A stretch of DNA of 64,000 bases from Elusimicrobiota bacterium (GTDB lineage: Bacteria > Elusimicrobiota > Elusimicrobia > UBA1565 > UBA9628), in contig DAHVNA010000001.1 in assembly GCA_027319565.1 (NCBI GenBank), positions 107,526-171,525 on the forward strand, in the 5' to 3' direction. The translations under genes and the position numbers were made by a program. Below the pieces are notes generated by a model. It did no database searches. It saw only the letters and a program-made list of their open reading frames with translations, and had not been told where the DNA came from. Below are positions 10,007 through 19,138 of this stretch, in pieces; within the stretch, counting starts at the first letter, position 1, and each line of letters opens with the position of its first letter.

Positions 10007-10013
10007 TAGAAAC

Positions 10014-12254
10014 ATGGCGCGCTCACGGCCTGTCGCGGAAACTTTGCCGGTTGGTCTTTCATGGCTGGATTTCCTTCAGCATTTTTTTCTGGTCTTAGCC
10101 TTTTTTGTCTCTCCGCTGATTTTTTTTACCAATCTTACTCGCAATCCCTATATCACGCAGATTTGCGCCCTCAATATCTCGATTTCCATCGTTCTCACTC
10201 TTTGGATGTTCCAAAATTACGGAGAGTTGCGAAAGATTAAGACGGTTCTTGATTTTCCGCTGCTCTTTTGGACCCTCATTATTTTCATCAGTTGGGGATA
10301 CGCTTTTTTTAGGCACGTCAAATTTTACCGGCCCTCCGTTTTCAATGAAGGCCTTAACCATGAAATTTTTTGGGTGATCAACTGCCTGGGGGCTTTTTTT
10401 ATCGGGGTTTCTTCGATCCGAAGTCAAGAGGAGGCCGATGAAGATGTCAACATCTGGGCGTGGGCGGGTTTTTGCGTTGTATGGGGGAGTTTGTGGTTTT
10501 TTTTCCCGTTGATGAGGAGTTCCAACTCGCCAGCCACCGACATCGCGGCCTTGGTCTGGAACGGTTACGGGGCTTTTCTCTGGGTGTTGGGAGTGGGATG
10601 TTGCGTTTACTTAAGCTTTAAAAGAAGAGCCATTGATTATCTCCATCTCGCTTTGGCCGCGGGGTTTTTGGCCTCGGCTTACGGCGTTCTTCAGTATTTT
10701 AATTTTGAGTTTATTTGGCCTCACGCGCTCAATCCTTATGGCGGACGCGCGGTTTCAACTTTTGGAAACCCCAACTTCCTTTCTTCCTACAATGTCATCT
10801 TGCTTCCTTTTTGCGTGGTTTTATGGGCCCGAGCCAAGGGTGGGGCGCGTTATTGGTATGGCATCTGCGCGCTGACGCTTGAAGCCGGGCTTTTATGCAG
10901 CCTGACCCGCTCTTCTTGGCTTGGGGCTTTTGTGGCCGTGTCTTTCTTATTTTTTTCGAAAGGATTTATTCATATGCTCCGGAAAGAAATACGCCTATTT
11001 GGGCTTTTTTTTGGAGTGGGTTTTGCCGTTTTTGTCTTATGGCCGCATAGTCTTCTTTCGGCTGGATATCATCCCAGCGTTTTAGGGCGCTTGGAAGAAG
11101 TCGATACCTTGCTTAAGCCCGGACCGGTGAAGCAGGCCTATAGTCCTTGGCATCAAAGAGTGATGATTTGGACTTGCGCCTGGCTGATGGCCAAAGACAA
11201 TCCCTTGACCGGGCAAGGTTTTGGGCTTTTTGAGTTGTTCTATCCGTTTTATCAAGGACCGGTTTTGCGGGCTACGCCTTTTTACTGGGATTTAAGGACT
11301 CATGCCAACAATGCCCACAATGAGGCGCTGGAGGTTTTATCCCAGACAGGGATATTGGGGCTGGGGTTGTTTATTTGGGTCTGGGTGGTTTTTTTCCGTT
11401 TCGCGCGTGATTTTAGCGGTCAAGAAGAAGATTCCCTTAAAAATTTGTGGGTTTCCGCGGGCGCGGCGAGCGTTTTGGGCATGCTGGCTGACAATCTCCT
11501 CAACGTGTCTCTTCATTTCGCGGTTCCGGCTTTTCTTTTTTGGTGGGTGGTGGGCTCTAGCGTTGGAAATGGGCGCGTTCACTTTTTGAAGGCGAGGGCG
11601 GAAAAAAATAAAAGAAATATTTGGGTTTTTCTCTCTGTTTTAGGCTTATGCGTGTGGATGATCGGGCGCTGGAGCTGCGTTTGGGAAAGAGAAGTCCATT
11701 ATTTTTCCGGTTTTAAATTAGCTAGACAGGGAGATATGCCTGGCGCGATTAATCAGCTTGAGATTTCAAAACATTGGGGGCCGCCCGAGGTTAACGCGAT
11801 TTACGAATTAGGCAACGCTTACGCGCGTTCCGGGTTTTTTAGAAGAGCTGAAAAAAACTATCAGGCGGCTCTTGATGCCAATGCGGGATATGACGAAATT
11901 TTCTTTAACAAGGGGGCTATCGAGGCCAATCATCTCAATGACATCCTCGACGCGATTAATAATTTTCGCGTTTCGTGGTGGATTAACCCACTTTTGAAAG
12001 ACGTTTACAATAGCCTAGGCGCGCTTTATTTGCGAGATCCGCTTAAGTATCTCTCGCCGGCCTTGGATCTTCTCTCATATGGCGTCAAGGTATTCCCCCA
12101 AGACTCCGGGTTCTGGAATAATTTAGGCTATCTTCAAACCCTCAATAAAAATTATCCTGAAGCTGTCAGCGATTATCAAAGAGCTCTTCAGATTAACCCC
12201 AATTTGACCGCCGCGCGAAAGAATCTGGAAATTCTAACCCACTTTCGTCCCTAA
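10014..12254 (+). CDS. O-antigen ligase / O-oligosaccharyltransferase-like membrane protein with C-terminal TPRs
   Basis: STFGNPNFL, TRSSWLG, R-x-x-IW, PLTGQGFG, NAHNEALEVLSQTGILG (Wzy_C); TPR motifs at the C-terminus. Confidence 0.88.
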   Translation: MARSRPVAETLPVGLSWLDFLQHFFLVLAFFVSPLIFFTNLTRNPYITQICALNISISIVLTLWMFQNYGELRKIKTVLDFPLLFWTLIIFISWGYAFFRHVKFYRPSVFNEGLNHEIFWVINCLGAFFIGVSSIRSQEEADEDVNIWAWAGFCVVWGSLWFFFPLMRSSNSPATDIAALVWNGYGAFLWVLGVGCCVYLSFKRRAIDYLHLALAAGFLASAYGVLQYFNFEFIWPHALNPYGGRAVSTFGNPNFLSSYNVILLPFCVVLWARAKGGARYWYGICALTLEAGLLCSLTRSSWLGAFVAVSFLFFSKGFIHMLRKEIRLFGLFFGVGFAVFVLWPHSLLSAGYHPSVLGRLEEVDTLLKPGPVKQAYSPWHQRVMIWTCAWLMAKDNPLTGQGFGLFELFYPFYQGPVLRATPFYWDLRTHANNAHNEALEVLSQTGILGLGLFIWVWVVFFRFARDFSGQEEDSLKNLWVSAGAASVLGMLADNLLNVSLHFAVPAFLFWWVVGSSVGNGRVHFLKARAEKNKRNIWVFLSVLGLCVWMIGRWSCVWEREVHYFSGFKLARQGDMPGAINQLEISKHWGPPEVNAIYELGNAYARSGFFRRAEKNYQAALDANAGYDEIFFNKGAIEANHLNDILDAINNFRVSWWINPLLKDVYNSLGALYLRDPLKYLSPALDLLSYGVKVFPQDSGFWNNLGYLQTLNKNYPEAVSDYQRALQINPNLTAARKNLEILTHFRP

Positions 12255-12341
12255 ACTCTGTAATAATTTAGCAAACACTTCGGCGCAATAATTATTAGGA
12301 TAAGCGAAATCTATTTAAGGGAGAAATATCGGTTAAAGCTC

Positions 12342-14168
12342 ATGTTTAGAAGGAGGCAGAAGTTTTTTTGGAGCTTGATTATTGGCTCACTTACCGTCGG
12401 TGCATGGGGGGGAATTATTGCTGGCCAAGAGCCGCCGCTGAGCCGCGATATGCAACTGGGAATTTTTTATTTCAAGAAGGGGGAGGATTCCGAGGCGATG
12501 GACCGCTTTATTGAAGTCCTTAATGGCGGAAACCCGACCGAGAGAACCCTTGCCAATAAGTATCTTAACCGTATTACTCGGCGCATGTCGGGGACAGAAT
12601 CAAATCCACAAAAACCAGCTCAAAAAACGGAAGAGAAAACATCTTCTTCTTCATCCTCGGCTGTTCCCTCAAGCGCCGTAAAACCGGCTCCAAGTCCTAC
12701 TCCATCCCAAGCTCAAGCCGCGCCAGCGTCTGTTGCGGCGCCGCATGAAGCGCCTGTAGCGTCCCCTCAAACACAAAAACAAAGCCCTGCGGTTGCTGTT
12801 TCCCCTACGGCTCAAGCCGCGCCACTGAGTCCTAGCGCCATTCAAGAACAAATCAAGGGGAAAATCCAAGCCTTGGCTGATTCCGGATTGAGGCGCTTGA
12901 AGCGCGTTCATCGTGTCGTTATTCTTCGTAAAAAAGATGAACGGCCGTTGGCGATTGCCTTGCCTTCGGATATTCTATTTGAAAAGCAAATAGCGTTTAA
13001 AAACCGCGCCAATCAAATTATTTCCGATTTAGCCTCGGTCACTTACGGAGAAGGACAAGCGAAAATATTCATTTTCCCCCAAGGAGCCGCATTGGGAGAT
13101 GTGAAGGTCATGGATATGCGTCGGGCAGTGGCTCTCGCCGATTCCTTGGTGTCTCTGGGAATCGCTCCTAGCCGGGTTCAGGCGGAGCTTCTCACTGGAA
13201 GCTCATACCGCATTCCGAGTTCGCTTCTTTCATTTAAAGGGATTATCTTGGTTTTTGATTATCATTCGACTCTTGATCTTAAGGCGCCGCCGGACGAGTC
13301 CGGACCGCCCTTATCGATGGGGCTTTCTAGTCCGCGGTTCAGGGCTGATCAAGGCCAAGGCGTTTTGATCGAGTTCTCCGTTCAAAAACCGCATTCGGGG
13401 GTGAATTTCTGGAGATTTAAGATTTTGGGACCCGAGAACGCCAAAGCGAAGACAATTGAAGAAGTCGTGGGAAGCGGCCCGGTGTTTCATCAGGTCTATT
13501 GGGACGGCAGGAAAAATTATTCCGGCTTTCATGAACCCTATGGTTTTTATGAGTGCCTTTTAACGGCGAAAGATGGCTCAGGGCGAACTCGGGCGATTCA
13601 CCGTTGGGTTGAACTGGCCGGACCCGCTGGGGCGCAACACGCTTCAAGGAAAATTCCCGCGAAGGCATCCAAGGTAGTCAGCGCATCGAAGCGTTCTCAT
13701 CTTAAGCCAGCGGGGAAGTCTTTTCACGGCAAAAAAGTTTCATATGTTCAATTGCGCGCGAGCCGCAGAAAGAAAATGAAGCGGAGTCTGCATGAAAAGA
13801 AAATAAAATCCCGAGCGAAAGGGCCTCGGATTGCAAGCGCGATTGTGTTTAAGACCAGTAGTTATCAATTGTCAAAAGCCATGAAAAGCAATATCCTGAA
13901 ACTTGCGCGTGACATGGCTAAAAATAAGAAAGTCCGATATGATATTATCGGTTATGCCAAGCCTGCGGAAAAAAATGCTAAAAACTTATGTCGGCAGCGG
14001 GCGCAGATAGTCGCCGGATTGCTCATCAACAAATATCGGATTAATTTTAAAAGGCTTAAAATCAGCGGGAAAGTGTCAAATTTAAAAGGTTCTCGTGTGC
14101 TGGTTTTAGCGCGAATAGCCGCAAAAAAGAGGAGAATTCAAAAGCGTGGACGAAAAGTTCATCGATGA
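12342..14168 (+). CDS. Exported protein: TPR-like segment, Pro/Ala/Ser linker, degenerate OmpA-like domain, FlgD-type Ig module, Lys-rich linker, second OmpA-like domain
   Basis: Signal-like N-terminus; IALPSDILF...MRRAVALADSLVSLGI; WRFKI...VYWDGRK...YGFY; IVFKTSS...IIGYA...LCRQRAQIVAGLL. Confidence 0.65.
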   Translation: MFRRRQKFFWSLIIGSLTVGAWGGIIAGQEPPLSRDMQLGIFYFKKGEDSEAMDRFIEVLNGGNPTERTLANKYLNRITRRMSGTESNPQKPAQKTEEKTSSSSSSAVPSSAVKPAPSPTPSQAQAAPASVAAPHEAPVASPQTQKQSPAVAVSPTAQAAPLSPSAIQEQIKGKIQALADSGLRRLKRVHRVVILRKKDERPLAIALPSDILFEKQIAFKNRANQIISDLASVTYGEGQAKIFIFPQGAALGDVKVMDMRRAVALADSLVSLGIAPSRVQAELLTGSSYRIPSSLLSFKGIILVFDYHSTLDLKAPPDESGPPLSMGLSSPRFRADQGQGVLIEFSVQKPHSGVNFWRFKILGPENAKAKTIEEVVGSGPVFHQVYWDGRKNYSGFHEPYGFYECLLTAKDGSGRTRAIHRWVELAGPAGAQHASRKIPAKASKVVSASKRSHLKPAGKSFHGKKVSYVQLRASRRKKMKRSLHEKKIKSRAKGPRIASAIVFKTSSYQLSKAMKSNILKLARDMAKNKKVRYDIIGYAKPAEKNAKNLCRQRAQIVAGLLINKYRINFKRLKISGKVSNLKGSRVLVLARIAAKKRRIQKRGRKVHR

Positions 14169-15771
14169 ATGGGCCTTTGGGATAAAGGCTCCCAAGGTTT
14201 CTCAAAATCTGGGCATTTACCTAAGCCCAAGCGTGGCCTATATTGCCCAATCCCATCTCAACAAAGGCCGTTTGGTTTTAGATCAGCTTTTTCGCGTGGC
14301 CCTTCCTAAACCTAAAGTCGTGGCTCCGCCTAAGGAAGCTTCTCAAATGCCGGGAGTGGAGTTGTGGGGAGATTTTAACGATATTTTGGACGTTTTGCGC
14401 CCCTCTATAGGCAAACTGGTCAATGCGCCAAAGGAGGTCGTGGTTTCTCTCTCTCCGGAACTCAGTCTCCTTCGTTATTTTCAGATGCCTCAAATTGAGC
14501 AAAGATTTTGGAAAACGGCAATTCCTTTGGAGGCAAAAAAACATATTCCTTTCGCCTTTCAAGGCCTTACCAGCGATTTTCAGGTTTTTCCTTCTGCGGT
14601 TTCAACCCCGGAGGGAAAAACGATGCAGGGGGTCTTGTTCGCCGTCACGTCTAAATCGACCTGGGAAGGCGTTAGAGATTTAATGAAGGGGTTGAAATTA
14701 GAGATGGTGGCCATGGAGACCAGCGTCAACTCTTATTTGAGATTTCTGCTGTCCATGGATAAAGGGATTGCGGATCCTGCTTGCCTTTGGGTCCATTTTT
14801 CCGATGTGAAGGTTCGCATTGTCGGATTTGCAAAAGGAATTCCGCTTTTGTTTAGAGAAGCTGATTGGTATCCCAATGGTGATCTAAGGACGCTAGGACT
14901 TCCCAGCCTGGTTGATTTTATCAGCCATAAATTAAATTTGGGGTCCGTGCAAAAGTGCTTAGTTAGCGGCGCAGCCAATGAGTCTATCATTGCGGGGCTT
15001 TCCCAGGAGATAAATCTGAGAGGGGAACCCAAAAACCCTGGACTTCCATTAGGGCTTAAGGGCGGAGATTTTGAGTCTTATGCCGCCATTGGCGGTTCTT
15101 TCCGTTTTACCGCTCCTTCTCCCGCCAATATCGATTTTTCCGCGGCAATGAAGGTGACTGATGGCGAGAGAAAAGCGGCGATGTTTGTTTTTGGGGCTTC
15201 AGTTGTTGTCGCCGTACTTTTTATCGTTTTAGGCTTGTTCTCAGGTGTCCAAGTTTTCATGCAATCACGGGAACTTTCAGGAATTAAAAGAGACCCGCAT
15301 GTCGAGGCCCTCTTTCGCGGAAAATCCCAGGGGGATATACAAAAGATGATCTCTAAAATAGAAAAAGAAACGGCTTTTTTAGGCGGCGCCAGTAATAAAA
15401 AAAATGACCCTTCTGTTTTCCTTGAGGATATCGCTGCTTCCATTCCCGAAAACCTTTGGCTGACCGATATAAAACTGGATAATCCCTTACCACGGCCAGG
15501 GCGCAACATAGGGCAGGGTATGACACTAAAATTATCTGGATATTCCACGGCCGATTCGCGGATGGGGGAAGAAGAAGACGCCAAAAACTTTAAAGAAGCT
15601 CTTGAGGAATTGCCTGATTTTAAAAGATTTTCCGTTCAGATACAATTGCAGAAAGGGCAAAGCCAAAGCATGTTTGGGGGTCTCAATAAAGACCCGTATG
15701 AAGCGGAGCGGCAGCGCGAGAAAAGAACGGGTTTTGATATTACCATTCAGCCGCGATACGATTTAAATTAA
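14146..15771 (+). CDS. PilM-PilN-like fusion (actin-like cytoplasmic domain, TM, PilN periplasmic domain)
   Basis: LLRYFQMP...AIPLEAKKHIPF...DFQ (PilM); TM segment; FLEDIAASIPENLWLTDI...LKLSGYS (PilN); position at the head of the pilus operon. Confidence 0.75.
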   Translation: MDEKFIDEWAFGIKAPKVSQNLGIYLSPSVAYIAQSHLNKGRLVLDQLFRVALPKPKVVAPPKEASQMPGVELWGDFNDILDVLRPSIGKLVNAPKEVVVSLSPELSLLRYFQMPQIEQRFWKTAIPLEAKKHIPFAFQGLTSDFQVFPSAVSTPEGKTMQGVLFAVTSKSTWEGVRDLMKGLKLEMVAMETSVNSYLRFLLSMDKGIADPACLWVHFSDVKVRIVGFAKGIPLLFREADWYPNGDLRTLGLPSLVDFISHKLNLGSVQKCLVSGAANESIIAGLSQEINLRGEPKNPGLPLGLKGGDFESYAAIGGSFRFTAPSPANIDFSAAMKVTDGERKAAMFVFGASVVVAVLFIVLGLFSGVQVFMQSRELSGIKRDPHVEALFRGKSQGDIQKMISKIEKETAFLGGASNKKNDPSVFLEDIAASIPENLWLTDIKLDNPLPRPGRNIGQGMTLKLSGYSTADSRMGEEEDAKNFKEALEELPDFKRFSVQIQLQKGQSQSMFGGLNKDPYEAERQREKRTGFDITIQPRYDLN

Positions 15772-15775
15772 TTTT

Positions 15776-16365
15776 ATGGCTATGGATATTAAGGATATCA
15801 ATAGAAAAATTCGCCATTTGCAGCGAGATTTTGGCGATACTATTTTTGTTCTCCAAAATAAGGGACTTAAGTATTTCCAACGCGTTTGGTTGGCGGCGCT
15901 TCTCATTTGTTTGTACCCTATAAATTCTTTTATCAATCGATGGATAGTAGAATTTCGTCATTAGAGATGAGAATTAAGACAGCCCGGGCCACTAATAAAT
16001 ATGCCAAGACCTATAACGATGCCATGGAAAATCTTCTCGTCGTTGAGCGCCGCCTTCCTCCGGCAAGCAAGGGGACCGGGTGGTTAAGCGATATTTCTAT
16101 TTCTTCTCTCAAAGACGAAAACATTACTCCTGATTCAGTCTCTTCCGTCCATCAAGTTCAAAGCGGAAAACTTATTAAGGAAAGCATCTCGGTCGATTTT
16201 CAAGCGAAATTCCCTGAAATTTTTTCGTGGCTTTATAAGATTGAACACGATCATTATCTGATTCATGTTGACTCTCTGCAGATAAAAAAGAAAGGGCTCG
16301 ATGAAAACAAAGTTCATTGCACTCTTTCTACTTTGATTCAGGCTGGATCCGGAGGTAATTCCTAA
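15776..16365 (+). pseudogene. PilO-like protein split by a 1-nt frameshift near 15905-15915 (real lesion or sequencing error)
   Basis: ORF 15776-15964 gives the N-terminus and start of the TM (VWLAALLIC); the -1 frame continues FVPYKFFYQ...LPP...ISVDFQAKFPEIFSWLYKIE...IHVDSLQI; joined length about 196 aa. Confidence 0.65.
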
Positions 16366-16367
16366 AC

Positions 16368-17084
16368 ATGGCTAAAAAGAGTCCTGCGGGCTGGGTGGTT
16401 CTTATGCTTGTTTTAGCCCTTCCGGGACTTGCTTTTTATTTTTGGTGGAATCATTTGGGCGGCAATCATAATGTCACTCAAAAACTCGCGAAAACACAGC
16501 CTTTTTCTCGTGTTTTTAACGCCTCTCCCCCTGGCACTAAGGTCTCAATTCCACGATTTTCTAGCGCTCCGATGGCGCCTGCTTCAAGCCCTCAAGCCTC
16601 GCCGAAATCTCCGGTGGTCGCAAAAACAATGCCCGCAGCTCTTGCCCGACCCGGCGTTTCTACGCCTTCCTCTGTTTCATTGGTCAACGCAGGAAAGCCG
16701 CTTACTACCTCTTCGGTTTCAGCCATGGCTTTAAAACCCGTAGCGCAAAATGGCCAGAAATTAGCGGTTCCAACTTTGAAAAGAGACCCCACTCTCTCTC
16801 CGACGGACCGACAGGAAATTTATGATTTGCTTCACCCGAAGCCTAAACCCAAGATTGTGCGCCGGAGGATTAAAAAGAAAAAGGGCCCTCCTATTGAAAG
16901 TTTGATTGATTTGTCAGGAATCATTTTTATGTCTCCATCGAATGCCAAGGCGATTATTAATGGAAATCTTATGAAGGTGGGGCAAATGGTGCATGGGGCT
17001 AAGATTATTGAGATCGAAAAACAAAAAGTTATTTTCTCTTATCATGGGCGAAAGGTAATCAAGGTGATGAGCGGTAAACTTTGA
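16368..17084 (+). CDS. PilP/GspB/GspC-like membrane-anchored pilus assembly protein
   Basis: N-terminal TM, Pro/Ser/Ala linker, RDPT, LSGIIF...AIINGNLMKVGQMVHGAKIIEIEKQKV; directly before the secretin. Confidence 0.7.
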   Translation: MAKKSPAGWVVLMLVLALPGLAFYFWWNHLGGNHNVTQKLAKTQPFSRVFNASPPGTKVSIPRFSSAPMAPASSPQASPKSPVVAKTMPAALARPGVSTPSSVSLVNAGKPLTTSSVSAMALKPVAQNGQKLAVPTLKRDPTLSPTDRQEIYDLLHPKPKPKIVRRRIKKKKGPPIESLIDLSGIIFMSPSNAKAIINGNLMKVGQMVHGAKIIEIEKQKVIFSYHGRKVIKVMSGKL

Positions 17085-17094
17085 GGAGACTATT

Positions 17095-19083
17095 ATGAAG
17101 ATTAATGGGTGGGGTTTTAAAGGTCTTGCGTGGGGAAAAAGTTTGTGGCGCGCTCTTTGCCTTTTATCAGCCTTGGAATTGGCCCTTTTGCCTGGGTTGA
17201 CGGCCCTAGCCCAATCCGACAGCTCAACTCCCGAGGCCAATCCGCAGTTCCAAAATTCCGTGCAAAGTCCTAAAAGCGATTCCGGCTCTCCAGTGGGAAG
17301 CGTTTCCGCCGTTAAAGCCCATGCCGCGTCGGCTTCTAAAGCCCTCGAGCAGGCAAGTTCCCCTTCTCAAGCGGGCGCGTCTCCGTCAGGAATTCAAATC
17401 GGCGCTTCCAGTTCTCCAACGCCCCCGCGTAAGAAAAGAGCCCCATCCCCTTTGGACACACGCGTTTCGATTCGAGTCAAGGGCGCGCCATTGGCGACTT
17501 TTTTAGATGCCATTTCCGCTCAGGCCAGGATTAATTTCTTAATCACCGAGGGCCTTGAGTCAGTTAAAATGACCGCCTTTTTGCAAAAGGTGACGGTTCG
17601 AGAAGCCTTGCAGATCCTTCTTGAAATTAAAGGCTTAACCTATCGGCAGATTGGCAAAAGTAATACCTATGTCATTAAAAAACGTTCCAAAAATGCTCCC
17701 AACTTTATCACGCGGATTTATTCTCTTTCCTACATACCCTTGGTCAATATCTCTCAACAAGGAACCCAAGGTCAACAAGGAGGAGCGGCAGGCGGCGCGG
17801 CGGGCGGCATGGCGGCAATGCTCGGCGGAATGGGGGGGCCGTCTGCGGGAGGAAGTTCTGGCGGCGGCGCGCCGGGAGGAGCTGGCGGTTCTGGCGGAGG
17901 GTTGGCGCCAGGTCAGGGTGGGCAGGCTTTAGGAATGGGATCCATGATGGGAGGCGCTGGCGTGGGTGGACAGCAAGGCGGCATGCCGGGAGCGGGAACC
18001 GGGGGCGTGAGCTCTATTGTGACCGTGGTCCAATCGGTTTTAACCAAGGCCGGCCGAGTGGCTGTGGATCCTCGAACCAACTCTTTAATCGTAACCGATG
18101 TGCCGGAGGTCTTTCCCCAGGTGGATCAACTGATTGCCGAACTTGACAAAAAAGTTCCCCAGATCATGATTGAGGCCCAGATTGTGGAAATTGATTCCAA
18201 TCGCGCCAATGATCTCGGTTTTGAGTGGGGCGGGCCAAACGGCGAAATGGGGACTTTTACCGGTGGCCAGCGCGATACGTCTTTTCCAATGGTTTTGACC
18301 GGAGCCAGCGGCCAGCCGCGCTTTTTTGATCCGGTTCAAAACGTCATGAGCACCTTGGCCCTTGAAGGCGGCGGCATGATGGGGGGCAGTAGCGGCGGCA
18401 TGGGCGGCGGCATGGGCACGACCTTGGGCGGAATTGGATCCACTGGCGGAACCTTGGCTATTCCCACGACACAGCCGGGAATCAATCCTCTGACCGGGCT
18501 TCCTATGCTGGGGTCTAGCGTCATGACCAGCGTCTTGAACTTAAGCCAGCTGACGATTACCTTACGCATGCTGGTCTCTCGCTCGGAAGCGCGCTATTTG
18601 GGAAAGCCCAAAATCTTAACCGTCAATAATACTCCGGCGACGATTTCTATCACTGGAAACACCGCAATTTACATGTCGCAGCAGACCACCGGCGGGACCA
18701 TGGGAATTACCCAGGCGACCTATTCTCCTGTGACTGCAAATACTGGCCTTACTTTGACCGTGACTCCTCAAGTCAACGGCGATGGATATATTACGATGGC
18801 GGTCAATCCTCAGTTTACCGATGTGCAACCAGCGGTCATTTCAAGCGCGGCCAATCCTGTTTATGACACTCTGGTTCGACGTGCGCAAACCCTAGTGCGC
18901 GTCAAAAATGGAGAGACCTTGGTTCTTGGAGGGCTTTTGCATTCAACCGAACAGAAAACCGTGCGCAAGGTTCCGTTTTTGGGATATATTCCCGTCATCG
19001 GATGGCTTTTTACCAGCGTCCAAGCCCAGCGCAAGAACACGGATCTGGTCATCTTTATAACGCCGACCATCATTAACGATTGA
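17095..19083 (+). CDS. Secretin (PilQ/GspD family) with Gly/Met-rich insertions
   Basis: VAVDPRTNSLIVTD, LDKKVPQIMIEAQIVE, GLTLTVTPQV, VKNGETLVLGGL, KVPFLGYIPVIGWLF, LVIFITPTII. Confidence 0.95.
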   Translation: MKINGWGFKGLAWGKSLWRALCLLSALELALLPGLTALAQSDSSTPEANPQFQNSVQSPKSDSGSPVGSVSAVKAHAASASKALEQASSPSQAGASPSGIQIGASSSPTPPRKKRAPSPLDTRVSIRVKGAPLATFLDAISAQARINFLITEGLESVKMTAFLQKVTVREALQILLEIKGLTYRQIGKSNTYVIKKRSKNAPNFITRIYSLSYIPLVNISQQGTQGQQGGAAGGAAGGMAAMLGGMGGPSAGGSSGGGAPGGAGGSGGGLAPGQGGQALGMGSMMGGAGVGGQQGGMPGAGTGGVSSIVTVVQSVLTKAGRVAVDPRTNSLIVTDVPEVFPQVDQLIAELDKKVPQIMIEAQIVEIDSNRANDLGFEWGGPNGEMGTFTGGQRDTSFPMVLTGASGQPRFFDPVQNVMSTLALEGGGMMGGSSGGMGGGMGTTLGGIGSTGGTLAIPTTQPGINPLTGLPMLGSSVMTSVLNLSQLTITLRMLVSRSEARYLGKPKILTVNNTPATISITGNTAIYMSQQTTGGTMGITQATYSPVTANTGLTLTVTPQVNGDGYITMAVNPQFTDVQPAVISSAANPVYDTLVRRAQTLVRVKNGETLVLGGLLHSTEQKTVRKVPFLGYIPVIGWLFTSVQAQRKNTDLVIFITPTIIND

Positions 19084-19088
19084 AGGCC

Positions 19089-19116
19089 TTGACATATTCC
19101 GCAAACCCGTTATACT
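19089..19116 (+). promoter_or_regulatory. Sigma70-type promoter internal to the pilus cluster, upstream of pilB
   Basis: TTGACA-16 nt-TATACT in the 55-nt gap between secretin and ATPase. Confidence 0.6.
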
Positions 19117-19138
19117 TCTAAAAGGGGTTAAAATTTAA

